This document shows, one piece after another, positions 1-12,843 of a stretch of DNA of 64,000 bases (its first letter is position 1; every line of letters begins with the position of its first letter). Below the pieces are notes generated by a model. It saw nothing but the letters and a program-made list of their open reading frames with translations. It was not told where the DNA came from and ran no database searches. Origin of the DNA: Octopus sinensis (taxonomy: Eukaryota); the NCBI RefSeq assembly GCF_006345805.1, contig NC_042999.1, positions 99,448,001-99,512,000 of the forward strand, given 5' to 3'. A program made the translations under genes and the position numbers.

Positions 1-919
1 ACAATACTTACACACCCACAAAAAACATTATATACATTATGAGCTTTAACTCACCTTAGCATCTCTAACAAACAACTTGCAGTAACCCAACCATTCTCTA
101 TGCCTACCTCACTACTACACTATTCCATTCACATTCCAAGCAACGCTAGTCCACCACCCGGTTATTCACGTGGCCAAAACGAACACCACTCAAAAATATG
201 AATGAAACAATGTAAAAAATAACCAACACCTAAATATACAAAAATACCACGAATTACCTAAAAAAACCATGATAAACCAAAACTCATAAAAGCATATAAC
301 GATAAAATCTCCCTTTGCTAAACCCTATAACAAACTTATATAGCAATACCCTAACCTAAACATTCACACACAAAAAACCCACACGTAAACCACAGACCCA
401 AGACTTATACACAAACCTATACTAACTTATAAACCTCAATTACACCAAAAACCACTCCCTCCCCACACAGACAAATTAACACATACATCCCAAATCCTAA
501 ATAACAACACCAAATACACATTCACACACAAACACACACACACGCCAAAACACACAACAACAACAGATACATATGCTCCCTCACATATACGCATATACAT
601 ACTCACTAAACTCGATATATACAACAATATTTACACCCACACTCATACAGATAAATAAATTAATTATACAATAAAAACTCACAACCAATCTCATATACAT
701 AAACACTCCTATGAAAACAACAATAATACATCGTAATTAACCAGAATATCAAAAATAACATTATGACATAAGGATAAATCAAATACATACTTACAATTCA
801 GTTACAAATTATGAAGTGAAATTAGATTTTAGCCGTTAAAAAACCAAACAAAATTACGTTACCATGGAAATAACTAATGTAAAAAAAGAATACGCGCCAT
901 AGAAAGTAAACGTCATTCA
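1..919 (-). repeat. Inverted copy of PLE 3' region 5216-6133 (runs off the left edge of the window)
   Basis: The reverse complement of 1-30 matches ~6104-6133 and that of 901-919 matches ~5216-5234. The arms are colinear with scattered indels. Confidence 0.9.
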
Positions 920-946
920 ATAATTTGTAACTGAATTATTGGAAGT

Positions 947-989
947 CCACCTGAAGATTGTCGATCAAGACAAGAAACGATTGTAGTGG
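947..989 (+). ncRNA. Minimal type I hammerhead ribozyme (5' pLTR copy)
   Basis: CCAC-CTGAAGA-TTGTC(GATCAA)GACAA-GAAA-C(GATT)G-TA-GTGG. Stem I CCAC/GTGG, intact core, 5-bp stem II, short stem III, GUA cleavage triplet. Confidence 0.85.
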
Positions 990-1220
990 CGGTTTTTTTG
1001 ACTATTTATTAAATTTTATGTATTGATTAAGTCTTTCCTTGTTTGTTTTGCAAAATAGTGGTTTTGTCTCAAATAATATTTTATAATATTTTACTATAAA
1101 ATTGGATTTAACTAAATCTGATTTTTTTTTCCCTGTAAATTTGGATATATTCCCTAATTTTATTATTTATATAATATTGATAATTTTGTATATGAGAGTA
1201 ATACCTCAATTTCGCAAATT

Positions 1221-3710
1221 ATGGATTTTACAGGTAAGATAGAACCGCTGTTTTGGGATTCATCTTTGAAAGATATTCCTATTCCTTCTAGAAAGGAATT
1301 TATCTTGAAAATGTTAATAATGTTAAAGATTTTTATTCTAGAATTAAATGGAAAGCTTTTTACTAAATTTTTATTTATTTAATGATATTGATAGTAGGAA
1401 TGATAATATACCTCTAAATTTAAATCTAGAAAGGAACCTCCATTTAATAAAGAATTACAATTACTTGAAGATAGTATATGGAAGGTGGTAAAAAATATTG
1501 AATTCCATAAATACCCAATAGAAATATAATGAATTTAAGGAATTTAGCAATTAAATTAAAGATATGAGAAAATATGGATAGTATTATAGTACAATCTGAT
1601 AAAAACAGGAACTTATATAAATTAGATGTTAAATTATATGATAACTATTAGGGAAAGAAATAATTAAAAAATATAAAATTGTTCCAGATGATATTCTTTA
1701 TAATATTAATAAGCCTCTAAAGTAGTAATGTTAAAATATGAGTTGGATAATAAAACTGAACCTTATGTACCTTTGCACCCCAGAATTACTCTTAAAGACC
1801 ATAAAGATAATTTTTATTCAGACCCTAAAGTTAGATTAATTTGCCCATGTAAATCGGACCTAGGTAAATAAGTAAATTTATTTTAGATAAAATATTGATA
1901 AGTTAAATAAACTTAATTATTAAAATTATGGTTTAGTAATAATAATACATTGAAATGGTTTAATAATATTAAAGATAAAATCGTTTTATAAATTTATTCA
2001 AATAGATATAGATAATTATTATTCTTCTATTAATGAAATTGTGTTTAATAAAGCGCTTATTTCGCAATGAATAAAGGGCAGTCACGGGAAGAAGTTAATG
2101 TAATAAATTGGCTAGGAATCGCTAATTAAATATAAAAATAAATATGGGCTAGGAATGATACTAGAGATTGTTTTGATATACCTAGGGAGCACAGATTCTG
2201 CACAGGCTACTGATTTAGTAGGTTTTTCTTTTATCTGAACTCCAATTAGAAAATCTTAAGATAGAGGGGGTTTATATAGAGATGATCTTTACTAGTTACA
2301 AAAAATTGTACTAATAGGAATCTAGAAGTATATAGAAAAAACTATATAGTTTCTTTAAAGATATGGTTTACGTATTACTATATATAAGGAGAATTATAAT
2401 GTTAATTATTTAGATGTTAATTTTAATCTTATTACAGGTAAAACACAACCATATCATAAACTTAATGAGAAACCTTAGATATATAAATGTTAATAGTAAT
2501 CACCCATTTCTATTAAAAAAATCGTTGATTAATAATATAAGTAAACGTATTTCATTACTCTCTTAGATATAGAGATTTTTAATAAACATGCTAATATTAT
2601 AATGAGGCCCTTAGAGGGCAGTTTATAATAAGAATATTAAATTTTATAATATTAGCGATAATGATTTAAATGATAATTTTCGAGATACTTCTAATAATAA
2701 TTATAATTTTGTTACGTTTAGTGGTAAAAATAATAGATATTTATAAAAAAAATAATAAAAATGATAAAAATATAAATAAGAATAATAATAATAATAAATA
2801 TAATAATATAATAAGATAATAATAAAAAATAATATAAATAAAAATAAATTTAATATTATTATAATAATTATATTGATAAATTTAATAATATTAATAATTC
2901 TTAAATGCTGTACATAGATATAATGATACTGATAATAATTTAATAAATAAAGAATTATAAATATATTATAATAATGATAATAATAATAAGGTTAATAAGA
3001 ATAAAATTTGGTTAATAGTTCCTTATGGAGATCAAGTTAAAACGAATATTATTAAAGAGATTTTAGATGTTATAGAACTATTTATAGAGATAATCGTAAA
3101 TATAGAAACATTTTCTCTTTTAATAATTTTGGAGTTGGTTACTCTACCACTAATAATGTTGGTACATATTTCTTCATTTATAAATATAAACGAATAATTT
3201 TATAAAAAGAAATTATTTGATAATAATATTAATAATGATAAGACTTATATTAATTGTACATGTAGAGATAAAATCTAATTGTATATTAAAAATAATTGTG
3301 ATATTAACGATGTAGTGTATAAATGTATAGTTACATTACATGATAATAACTTTAAGAATAATAATTACACAAAAGCGGTTTATATAGGTTCTACTTCCTC
3401 AAAAATAAAACTAAGAATTGCACAACATATGAATTCTTTAAAAATAAAAACTTAATCAACTCAACCGGACTTAGTTAGTAAGTATATTGGAGTCTTAAAT
3501 CACTAAATATTAATTATAGTTAATATGGGAAATAATTTGTAAAACTAAATCATATAATATAGGAGCTAATTGTTTGTTATTTATGCTCTAATGAGTTTAA
3601 AGAAATTTTATTTTATAAGTATGATTAATACTTAATACTGGGAGGAGCGCAAAAATAAATGTAGACACAAGTTACTTTACTATATAATAAGTTTCATGAT
3701 AATAGCAATA
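1221..3710 (+). pseudogene. Frameshifted PLE polyprotein: RT, Asn-rich linker, GIY-YIG endonuclease
   Basis: Manual translation across frameshifts gives SLKDIPIPSRKEF (N-terminus), ITLKDHKDNFYSDPKVRLICPCKSDLG, FIQIDIDNYYSSI, D-I-P-x-G-x-x-D-S-A-Q-A-T-D-L-V-G, LYRDD (YRDD at 2275-2286), YLDVNFNL..YINVNSNHP, NCTCRDK..VVYKCIV..YIGSTS, and a C-terminal CxLC..KCRH. Many indels and stops. Confidence 0.9.
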
Positions 3711-5510
3711 ATAGTCCCCTTTTAGGTTATTTTAGTTTAGTTTAAATTAGTTTAGATGATATATATTTTGGTTATGTTGTCTAGGATTTAATTATAGTTA
3801 GTCTTTATTGATATTCTTTGTTTTAATTAGTTCATTTTAATGTATATTAATTTAGCAGTTTATGGTACGTTAAAACTTTAATAATTTATATTAGATTTTT
3901 TATTTTTTATTTTATTTTTATTTATTTTATTTTATTATGTATTTTTATTTTGCATTTGTTATATGTATTGAGGATATATTTATATGTTTTTGGGTGTTAT
4001 TAGTGGTGTTTTTATTGAGTTTTGTATGTATGTGTGAATGTTTAAGATCCCTTTGTTTTTGTTTTTATTTGTATGTGAATTGACAGATTTTATTTGGGTA
4101 TTGTCTTTATAATAAAGTACCACCCATAACAATTATAAGTCCCACTTCATTCGTTGTACTTGGGTTTGCATGTGAGCCTCAGCATATGCACCTAACGGCC
4201 ACTCCAGCCCCACATGGATAAATAAACACATACATCCCCTAAAAATAAAAAAAAAAAAAAAAAAATAAAAAATAAAAAATAAAAAAAAATAAAAAAAAAA
4301 AAAGGGAGTAATCCATTCACACCAATTATATGTATACAATTATACACACTTGAATAATACATACTAGCCTAATATATTGAACATACTAATAATCACCAAC
4401 TAACCACCATCACAATGAAACCCACACCCATACTATGACAAAACTCCCCCATACCCTATTTTACACCTACATAGTAATCCCAATATATTCTTCCATACAT
4501 GGACGCAAGTGCGTGTGAAGCACATGAACATAATTAGTACGTACAACCCCTAATACACACTAATATATACGTATCAAGCTCGACCTCCACAGTGATAAGT
4601 TTACACACAATCACACCCAGATGGGTGAATTGCACAACCAGTGAATGCTCACACATACGGGCGCGATTACATTGTTGCATATATCGAGCCAAAATAGTAT
4701 GCATATGTACATGTGAGGGGTACACGTAAATGAAGTGAGCGTGTGTACCCCCTGTATTTATACCCGTGCGCGTGAATATACACATGGAGACTACCACACA
4801 GGTACAAATGTGTTTAGAAATGGGACCCCCATCACTACACTTAATGTATACTCTCACCCATCCGCACGGATGTGTAAGTGTATCTCCGGTGTATTGTTGA
4901 GGAGGATATGTAGAGTTGTTGAAGTGAACGTCGTTGAAATTGTGAAGTATGGGTAGAGTTGGGAATTGTAACCGGGTGGTGGTTAGTGTTGCTTGGAATT
5001 GTGAATGGATTAGGGTGGTAATGAGGTAGCATTGAGTATGGGTTACTGTAAGTTGTTTGTTAGAGTTGCTAGGGTGAGCTTAAGCTCATAATGTATATAA
5101 TTGATTTTTCATGATAGTTTTTTAAAGAATCCATTATAATAAATTTTAAGTAGCGTTGGTTTGCTACGTGGAAATAGTTTTTAGTTCCATTTATTATATT
5201 TCTCCATTCATACTATGAATGACGTTACTTTCTATGGCGCGTATTCTTTTTTTACATTAGTTATTTCCATGGTAACGTAATTTTGTTGGTTTTTTAACGG
5301 CTAAAAATCTAATTTCACTTCATAATTTGTAACTGAATTGTAAGTATGTATTTGATTTATCCTTATGTCATAATGTTATTTTTGATATTCTGGTTAATTA
5401 CGATGTATTATTGTTGTTTTCATAGGAGTGTTTATGTATATGAGATTGGTTGTGAGTTTTTAATTGTATAATTAATTTATTTATCTGTATGAGTGTGGGT
5501 GTAAATATTG

Positions 5511-6512
5511 TTGTATATATCGAGTTTAGTGAGTATGTATATGCGTATATGTGAGGGAGCATATGTATCTGTTGTGTGTGTGTGTTTTGCGTGTGTGTGG
5601 TTTGTGTGTGAATGTGTATTTGGGTTTGTTATTTAGGATTTGGGATGTATGTGTTAATTTGTCTGTGTGGGGAGGGAGTGGTTTTTGGTGTATATTGAGG
5701 TTATAAGTTAGTATAGGTTTGTGTATAAGTCTTGGGTCTGTGGTTTACGTGTGGGTTTTTTGTGTGTGAATGTTTAGGTTAGGGGTATTGCTATATAAGT
5801 TTGTTATAGGGTTTAGCAAAGGGAGATTTTATCGTTATATGCTTTTATGAGTTTTGGTTTATCATGGTTTTTTTAGGTAATTCGTGGTTTTTGTATATTT
5901 TAGGTGTTGGTTATTTTTTTACATTGTTCATTCATAATTTTTGAGTGGTGTTCGTTTTGCCACGTGAATAACCGGGGTGGGACTAGCGTTGCTTGGAATG
6001 TGAATGGAATAGTGTAGTAGTGAGGTAGGCATAGAGAATGGGATTGGGTTACTGCAAGTTGTTTGTTAGAGATGCTAAGGTGAGTTAAAGCTCATAATGT
6101 ATATAATGTTTTTTGTGGGGGTGTAAGTATTGTTGTATATGTCGAGTTTAGGAGTATGTATAGGCGTATATGTGAGGGAGTATAGTATCTTTTGTGTGTG
6201 AGTGTTTTGCGTGTGAGTGTGTGTTTTGTGTGTGAATGTGTATATGGGTTTGTTATTTAGGTTTTGGGATGTATGTGTTAATTTGTCTGTGTGGGGAGGG
6301 AGTGGGTTTTGGTGTATATTGAGGTTTATAAGTTAGTATAGGTATGTGTATAAGTCGTGAGTTTGTGGTTTACGTGTGTGTATTTGTGTGTGAATGTTTA
6401 GGTTAGGGGGTTTAATTTATAGGTTTGTTATAGAGTTTAGCAAAGGGAGATTTTATCGTTATATGTTTTTAAGAGTTTTGTTTATCATGGTTTTTTTTTA
6501 GGGAATTCGTGG
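5511..6512 (+). repeat. ~620-bp-period G/T-rich tandem repeat in the PLE 3' region
   Basis: 5511-5885 is repeated at 6131-6512. A more degraded copy of ~5965-6106 lies at ~4965-5100. Confidence 0.85.
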
Positions 6513-6646
6513 TAATTAGTCTATATTTCGATATGGATTATATATAGGTTATATATGGATTATATACTTATATTTTTCATTTATACTTTAATTATTTAAA
6601 AGTATTATTTTTATATTTAAAATTTTGATTTTTTTAGATTGGAAGT

Positions 6647-6689
6647 CCACCTGAAGATTGTCGATCAAGACAAGAAACGATTGTAGTGG
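6647..6689 (+). ncRNA. Minimal type I hammerhead ribozyme (3' pLTR copy), identical to 947-989
   Basis: Identical sequence at an offset of 5700 bp. Confidence 0.85.
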
Positions 6690-7489
6690 CGGTTTTTTTG
6701 ACTATTTATTAAATTTTATGTATTGATTAAGTCTTTCCTTGTTTGTTTGGCAAAATAGTGGTTTTGTCTCAAATAATATTTTATAATATTTTACTATAAA
6801 ATTGGATTAATCCTAAATCTGATTTTTTTTCCCTGTAAATTTGGATATATTCCCTAATATTTATTATTATTATAATATATATATATATATATATAGAAAG
6901 ATAGATAGATTCACACATACACACGCACATACACACGCACGTACGCACATATGAAGGTTTCATAACAGCATTTAACTAGGGTTAGAAGAGATATATTAGT
7001 TAATACTGTCATATCTTCTAATGTTTATTATATGAATTTTATCCAAGAAATATTGTAGTGCACTGCTATAATACATATAGAAATGCGCATGCATGAAGGC
7101 GTGGCTGCAGCTTGTCCTTGACCAGCATGGCTAAAATGAAATAAAGAACTACAAAAAGAGCATATAATCCAATGTTGATGACCATGGGTAGTACAGATGC
7201 ATTTCAAGAATAAGTTTGAAGAAGACGTGTTTGCTTTCTACTTCTATGGATTATATCGCACATTTGTTATCAGTCGATAAAATATATTATACACTGGCAA
7301 AAAAAGAGATTAACAAACAATACTTTATGTGATATTTAACTACAATTGTTTACTGTTATTTGAAGTTCAACTACAACTCTGTCACTTATTTTTCATACGT
7401 CAAGCGGTACGATTGCATTAACTACCATTCGTGTCCTTGCTTGTTTGTGCATTACTTCGTGCGTGCAAGCATATACGAACACACACACA

Positions 7490-7527
7490 CACACACACAC
7501 ATGTGTACGTGTGTGTGTGTGTGTACA

Positions 7528-7588
<61 letters not shown>

Positions 7589-7684
7589 GCATATATACAT
7601 TTATACACACATACACACACACACACACACACACCACACACACACACACATGTGTACGTGTGTGTGTGTGTGTACATATATATA

Positions 7685-7729
<45 letters not shown>

Positions 7730-7810
7730 ATATACATGCATATATACATTTATACACACATACACACACACACACACAACACACACACACAACACACACA
7801 CACCACACAT
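7490..7810. repeat. ~149-bp tandem duplication of a compound CA/TG/TA microsatellite
   Basis: ATGTGTACGTGTGTG recurs at 7501 and 7650 with the same downstream order of repeat blocks. Confidence 0.7.
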
Positions 7811-8068
7811 ATATATAATATATATATATATACATATACGTACATACACACACAAACACACATATAGATATTCAGGCTCCAAAAAGATGCAGATGAAAAA
7901 CGATACTGTTTTAACAGTAAGGAGGAGGCAAACAGATGATTAAATATGAAGTTGGACAAAAAAAAGGTAGAAAAATGAAATAAAACACAAAGAAAAAAGT
8001 ATAGAATGAACACATATATGTGTGTGCGTGTGTTTGTATGTATGTATGTATGTATGTATGTGTATATG

Positions 8069-8104
<36 letters not shown>

Positions 8105-8107
<3 letters not shown>

Positions 8108-8290
8108 TTAGCAGCATTTCGTCCATGTCTACGTTCTGAGTTCAAACTCCGTCGAGACCGTCTTTGCCTTTCATTGCTCCGGGGTCGATAAAATAATCAT
8201 CAGTAAGTATCAGGTAGTACTGTGGTCGATGTTATAGATTTATACACTCCCACAGACTTGCTGGCTTTGTACCAAAATTTGAAACTAATT
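8105..8290 (+). mobile_element. tRNA-derived SINE (MetaSINE-like), 5' truncated
   Basis: B-box GAGTTCAAACT at 8138-8148, followed by a GCCTTTCAT..GGGGTCGATAAA central domain. Confidence 0.75.
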
Positions 8291-8409
8291 TTAAAATATA
8301 ATGATTATAGTACAATAAATACATGCAAACATATACATGTTTATGCATATATGTATGTATATATATATATATATATATATAGATATATATATATATATAT
8401 ATAGATATA

Positions 8410-8441
<32 letters not shown>

Positions 8442-8453
8442 CATATATATATG

Positions 8454-8485
<32 letters not shown>

Positions 8486-8632
8486 TAATATATATATATA
8501 TGTATGTATATATATTTATACATATATTCATATACATATATATATGTATGTGTGTGTGTGTTTATTAATTTGTATAAATACCACAGAGAATCATGTTCTG
8601 AACAGAACAGAATATTAGACAAGTGGTTTGCA

Positions 8633-8689
<57 letters not shown>

Positions 8690-8791
8690 GATATATATAT
8701 ATGATATATATATGATGTATATATGTATATATATATATATGACGTATATAATATATATATATATTATATATATATATATATGATGTATATA

Positions 8792-8835
<44 letters not shown>

Positions 8836-9439
8836 TATATATATATGTATATATGTTATATATATATGATGTGTGTATATATATATATATATGAGAAGAA
8901 GAGAAATGTGAATAATAAAAGTTTGAGAATGGGAGCATCTTTGTGAGAGAAAGAGAGCGAGAAAAAGAGAAAAAACGAGAAAGACAGGAGAAAAAGAGAA
9001 AGAGGGAGAGAGATACAGAAAATGAAGGAACTAGCGAGTGAGCGAGAGATGAAGAGAAAAGAAATTGAGTGTTTAAGAAGATGAACTACCGTTGTAAAAG
9101 TGTAATGTGTAATATAATAAGAACGAGTGTGAGAGAACGATAATGTTATACGAATACGACAACTATGAAGCACAATCATTCCGTTTCAGTCTATAACATT
9201 ACTATTGGCATTATGTTTATCCAAATATTTAAATAATGGATAATTTTTCCTCCTTTCATTCATGGATTCGATTTTTCACTTAACCATTATTTTGACACAC
9301 ATACACACACTGATGCAGGCACATACACATGTACTTCTCTTGCAAACACATAGATGCATATACATACATATACACTCATACAAACCCTCAGACGCATATA
9401 TGTATATATATCCTAATGCAACCCCCCAGACATATATAT

Positions 9440-9529
<90 letters not shown>

Positions 9530-9877
9530 TATATATATGTATGCGTGCATGTAAGTATATACATGTACATATATACACACACACATATATATATATGCAT
9601 ACATATATACATACACATACACACACACATGTATATATATATTTGTGTGTGTGTACGTGTGTGTGTACGTGTGTGTGTACGTGTGTGTGTACGTGTGTGT
9701 GCTTGTTTGTGTGTGGATACTGAAAATGCAAAGAATGAAGACATTTCTGTTGGATACCTCGAGGGGATATTTCGTTATATTTTGTCATAACCGTGCAGCT
9801 AACGAGGTTGTTTGTCATGCTTCTTTACAAATGTTCGCTTGCAAATCCTTCAGCTGACCTAGGACGGTTGCTATTAA

Positions 9878-9951
<74 letters not shown>
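9878..9951. repeat. (AAT)n microsatellite
   Basis: Direct reading. Confidence 0.95.
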
Positions 9952-10603
9952 CAGAACAACAACAAAACAAAAGCAACAACAGCAGCAATAACCAGAACAA
10001 CAAGAGCAACAACAACATTGACAACAACCACCGCATACATATAGACGTATGCAGATATGTATTATTTCGCTACTTTTTCCGAGTTGACATTTTTATTTTT
10101 CATTCAGCCGTTTACTTCTAGAGAGAAAAATAGTTGAGTTCTTTGAAAAGTGTGATCATTATTTAGAATTGCATGATGTATAGACTTTAGCAACAGGTTG
10201 AAATGGAAATGATTTTGTTTGAGATGAGAGTAGAGAGAGCATAAAGGTCAACATGAGTAGTAGAATAGAGGAAAATAAATAGAGAGATAAATAAAATAAG
10301 GAAAGAAAGACATAAAACCCCAAACGAAAACAAAACAAACATGGCGACAATAGAAACAAGACATTAGTAATTTATTAGTACAGTATAAAGAAGATTTTGC
10401 TCCTCCTTCTTCTCCAGAGTTTTCCCCTGCTTACCTCTTCTTGATGTTTCATTGTGAGATGATGGTTAAATGTCCTGTCGAACGAATAAAGTAGAGCTAA
10501 TGAGGGTGACATTTAGCGTTTACCATTTGACAACAACTAAGACACAACAACAACAGCAACAGTAACAACGGTCTACTAATACATCGCTTCCTTCTCTTCT
10601 ACA

Positions 10604-10611
10604 TACTACTA

Positions 10612-10677
<66 letters not shown>
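10604..10677. repeat. (TAC)n microsatellite
   Basis: Direct reading. Similar tracts occur at ~40075-40178 and ~51241-51305. Confidence 0.95.
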
Positions 10678-11193
10678 GATGATCACGACAAAAAAAAAAC
10701 AACACGTGCTCTGCTCCAATGTTGTCGGTAAATCAAACCAATGGCTCAGTATAAACACTAGATTAACACTAGTTTCGATTTTTGTGAATATAGTGTCTAG
10801 CTACTGTAATAAAAAAAATTATTAGTTAGAAGTATTAGAATACTGGTACATGGATTTGAAGTTCAAATTTGCTGCGGGTACTGTTTTGATCTGTTCGTAC
10901 AAAAGAAATTTTTTTTTTTGAAATAAGATTATATTGTTTCAGGTATGCTCCCGCATCATGGGCATAATAAGTTACAAACTGGTTAGGAGAACACGTCGAA
11001 CACAATAGAACAGATCACTCGTTAGGACCAAGAAACAAAAGCAAAACAACTTACTCTATCTCATGAGTGTGTAGAATAAACAACTAAAAGCGATCAAACA
11101 AAAGAACAACAGTGAATGGATCTTCCGGTGGATTAAACGATAAATATTCAACTATTCGATTAATAGAATTACTTATTAAATTATTTATACAAT

Positions 11194-12335
11194 ATGGCGA
11201 ATAGAACACAACATGTTGTAGTTGATGGAGTCCACTCAAGCCCAGCAAAAGTCACCAGCGGTGTCCCCCAGGGGACTGTCTTGGGTCCGCTACTCTTCAT
11301 AATTTACATAAACGACCTTTCCAGTGTCGTACATTACTGCAAAGTGAAAATATTTGCTGATGACACTAAGCTCCAGCAAATCGTCAATGAAGAAGCAGAC
11401 CGAACTCAACTCCAGTCTGATCTATATGCTGTGAGTCAATGGGCAGACAGAAACAAAATGCAACTGAATGAGGGAAAATTTGAGCTGATGCATTTTGGAA
11501 GAAATTCCTCACTAAAACAGCCATACTCTCTTCCTTTAGGGGAACCGCTCACAGCCTCTAACAATATCAGAGACCTGGGTGTAATTGTTGATGACGATCT
11601 CAGTTGGAGTGCACAAATCAACAAGAAGGTCGATATAGCTCGTAGGATGAGTTCCTGGATCTTAAGAACTTTCCGGTCCAGAGAACAAGGTGCCATCATA
11701 CCACTTTTCTTCTCCTTTGTACGGCCACACCTCGAATACTGCTGCCCACTGTGGTCTCCCCATACAAGACAAAAGATCTCGAGGATTGAGTCACCCCAGA
11801 GGGCACTCACTAAACGAATTGAAGGCATGGTTGCTCTCGATTATTGGGATCGCCTTAAAGCCTTGAAACTTTACTCTCTCCAGCGTCGCCGTGAGCGGTA
11901 CATCATTTGTACGATGTGGAGAATTTACCGCCAACTTTGCCCAAACGACCTGAACATTAGCTTCAAGGTTCATCCAAGACTGGGACCACGGGCCATACGT
12001 CCCCTGCCCAATTCAAGATCACAGCATACATGTACACTGCAACATAATTTCTTTTCCTCAACAGGCCCTGCCCTATTTAACATTGTCCCGAAAGAGATCA
12101 AAGAGGAAAAGGATCCCATCAACTTTAAACGGAGTCTGGATAGATTCCTTCAAAGAATACCAGATAAGCCACTCATAATTGGATACAACTCACCCAACAA
12201 GAACTCACTACTTGAATGGACCATTAACAAAACTTGACTTAAACAGGATTCGAATAATCCTATCAGGTGGTGCTATTAAGTTAGACATGGCCTGGATCAA
12301 TCTTGGTCGAAACATATCTAAGTTTATCTACGTTT
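11194..12335 (+). mobile_element. 5'-truncated CR1-group LINE: C-terminal RT ORF (11194-12237, 347 aa, uninterrupted) plus 3' UTR stem-loop tail
   Basis: SGVPQGTVLGPLLFIIYINDL, IFADDTKL, RDLGVIVD, VRPHLEYCCPLWSP and LYSLQRRRERY are CR1/L2-group motifs. The tail ends GGTCGAAACATATCTAAGTTTATCTA. Confidence 0.9.
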
Positions 12336-12595
12336 ATATATATATATATTATATATATATATATATATAATATATATATATATATAATATATATATGTAT
12401 ATGAATTAAATGTTTATAAATTCCATCCTAGGATTATTGTTATTATCATTATATTTATCCTACATTATATCGGTATAACTTAATACATGCCCGAAAAACT
12501 GACTCACTACTCAGCATCATTAGATGGTGGCCAGCATAAGGAATAGAAGCTTTATTTGCATATTTAAAATGCTACCATAAACAAATTAAGATATA

Positions 12596-12645
<50 letters not shown>

Positions 12646-12711
12646 GAGTGAGTGGACAAACGAAAGTAAGGTACTCAACACTCAACTCAGTTATTGGGAG
12701 TTACTTGTATG

Positions 12712-12843
12712 GGTCAAAACAGTTTAATTCGAATTCGTTGGTACTCCGAGTTTCGTGCGTGATATTAATCCTCAGCCATTGGGAATTTGAATGGTTGAGG
12801 ATTAACATCACGCTGGAAACTCAGAGTATCAAACTATTTTGAC

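Larger units (their letters stand above)
938..6870 (+). mobile_element. Penelope-like retroelement (Penelope/Poseidon-type) with two direct pseudo-LTRs, a disrupted ORF and a long G/T-rich 3' region
   Basis: Direct repeats 938-~1170 and 6638-~6870 flank a decayed RT plus GIY-YIG ORF. Each repeat starts with a hammerhead motif, as is typical of PLE pLTRs. Confidence 0.9.

Noticed and set aside
350-361. CCCTAACCTAAA as a telomere array
   Set aside because: Only one or two degenerate units inside the PLE repeat. No tandem (TTAGGG)n is present.
7360-9860. Numerous long ORFs rich in YI/HT/CV repeats (also at 27644-28764, 48775-49164 and elsewhere)
   Set aside because: These are translations of (TA)n, (CA)n and (TATC)n microsatellites, which lack stops in some frames.
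12295-12325. GAAAC-ATAT-CTA in the CR1 tail resembling a hammerhead stem III
   Set aside because: No CUGANGA upstream. It is better explained as a LINE 3' stem-loop.
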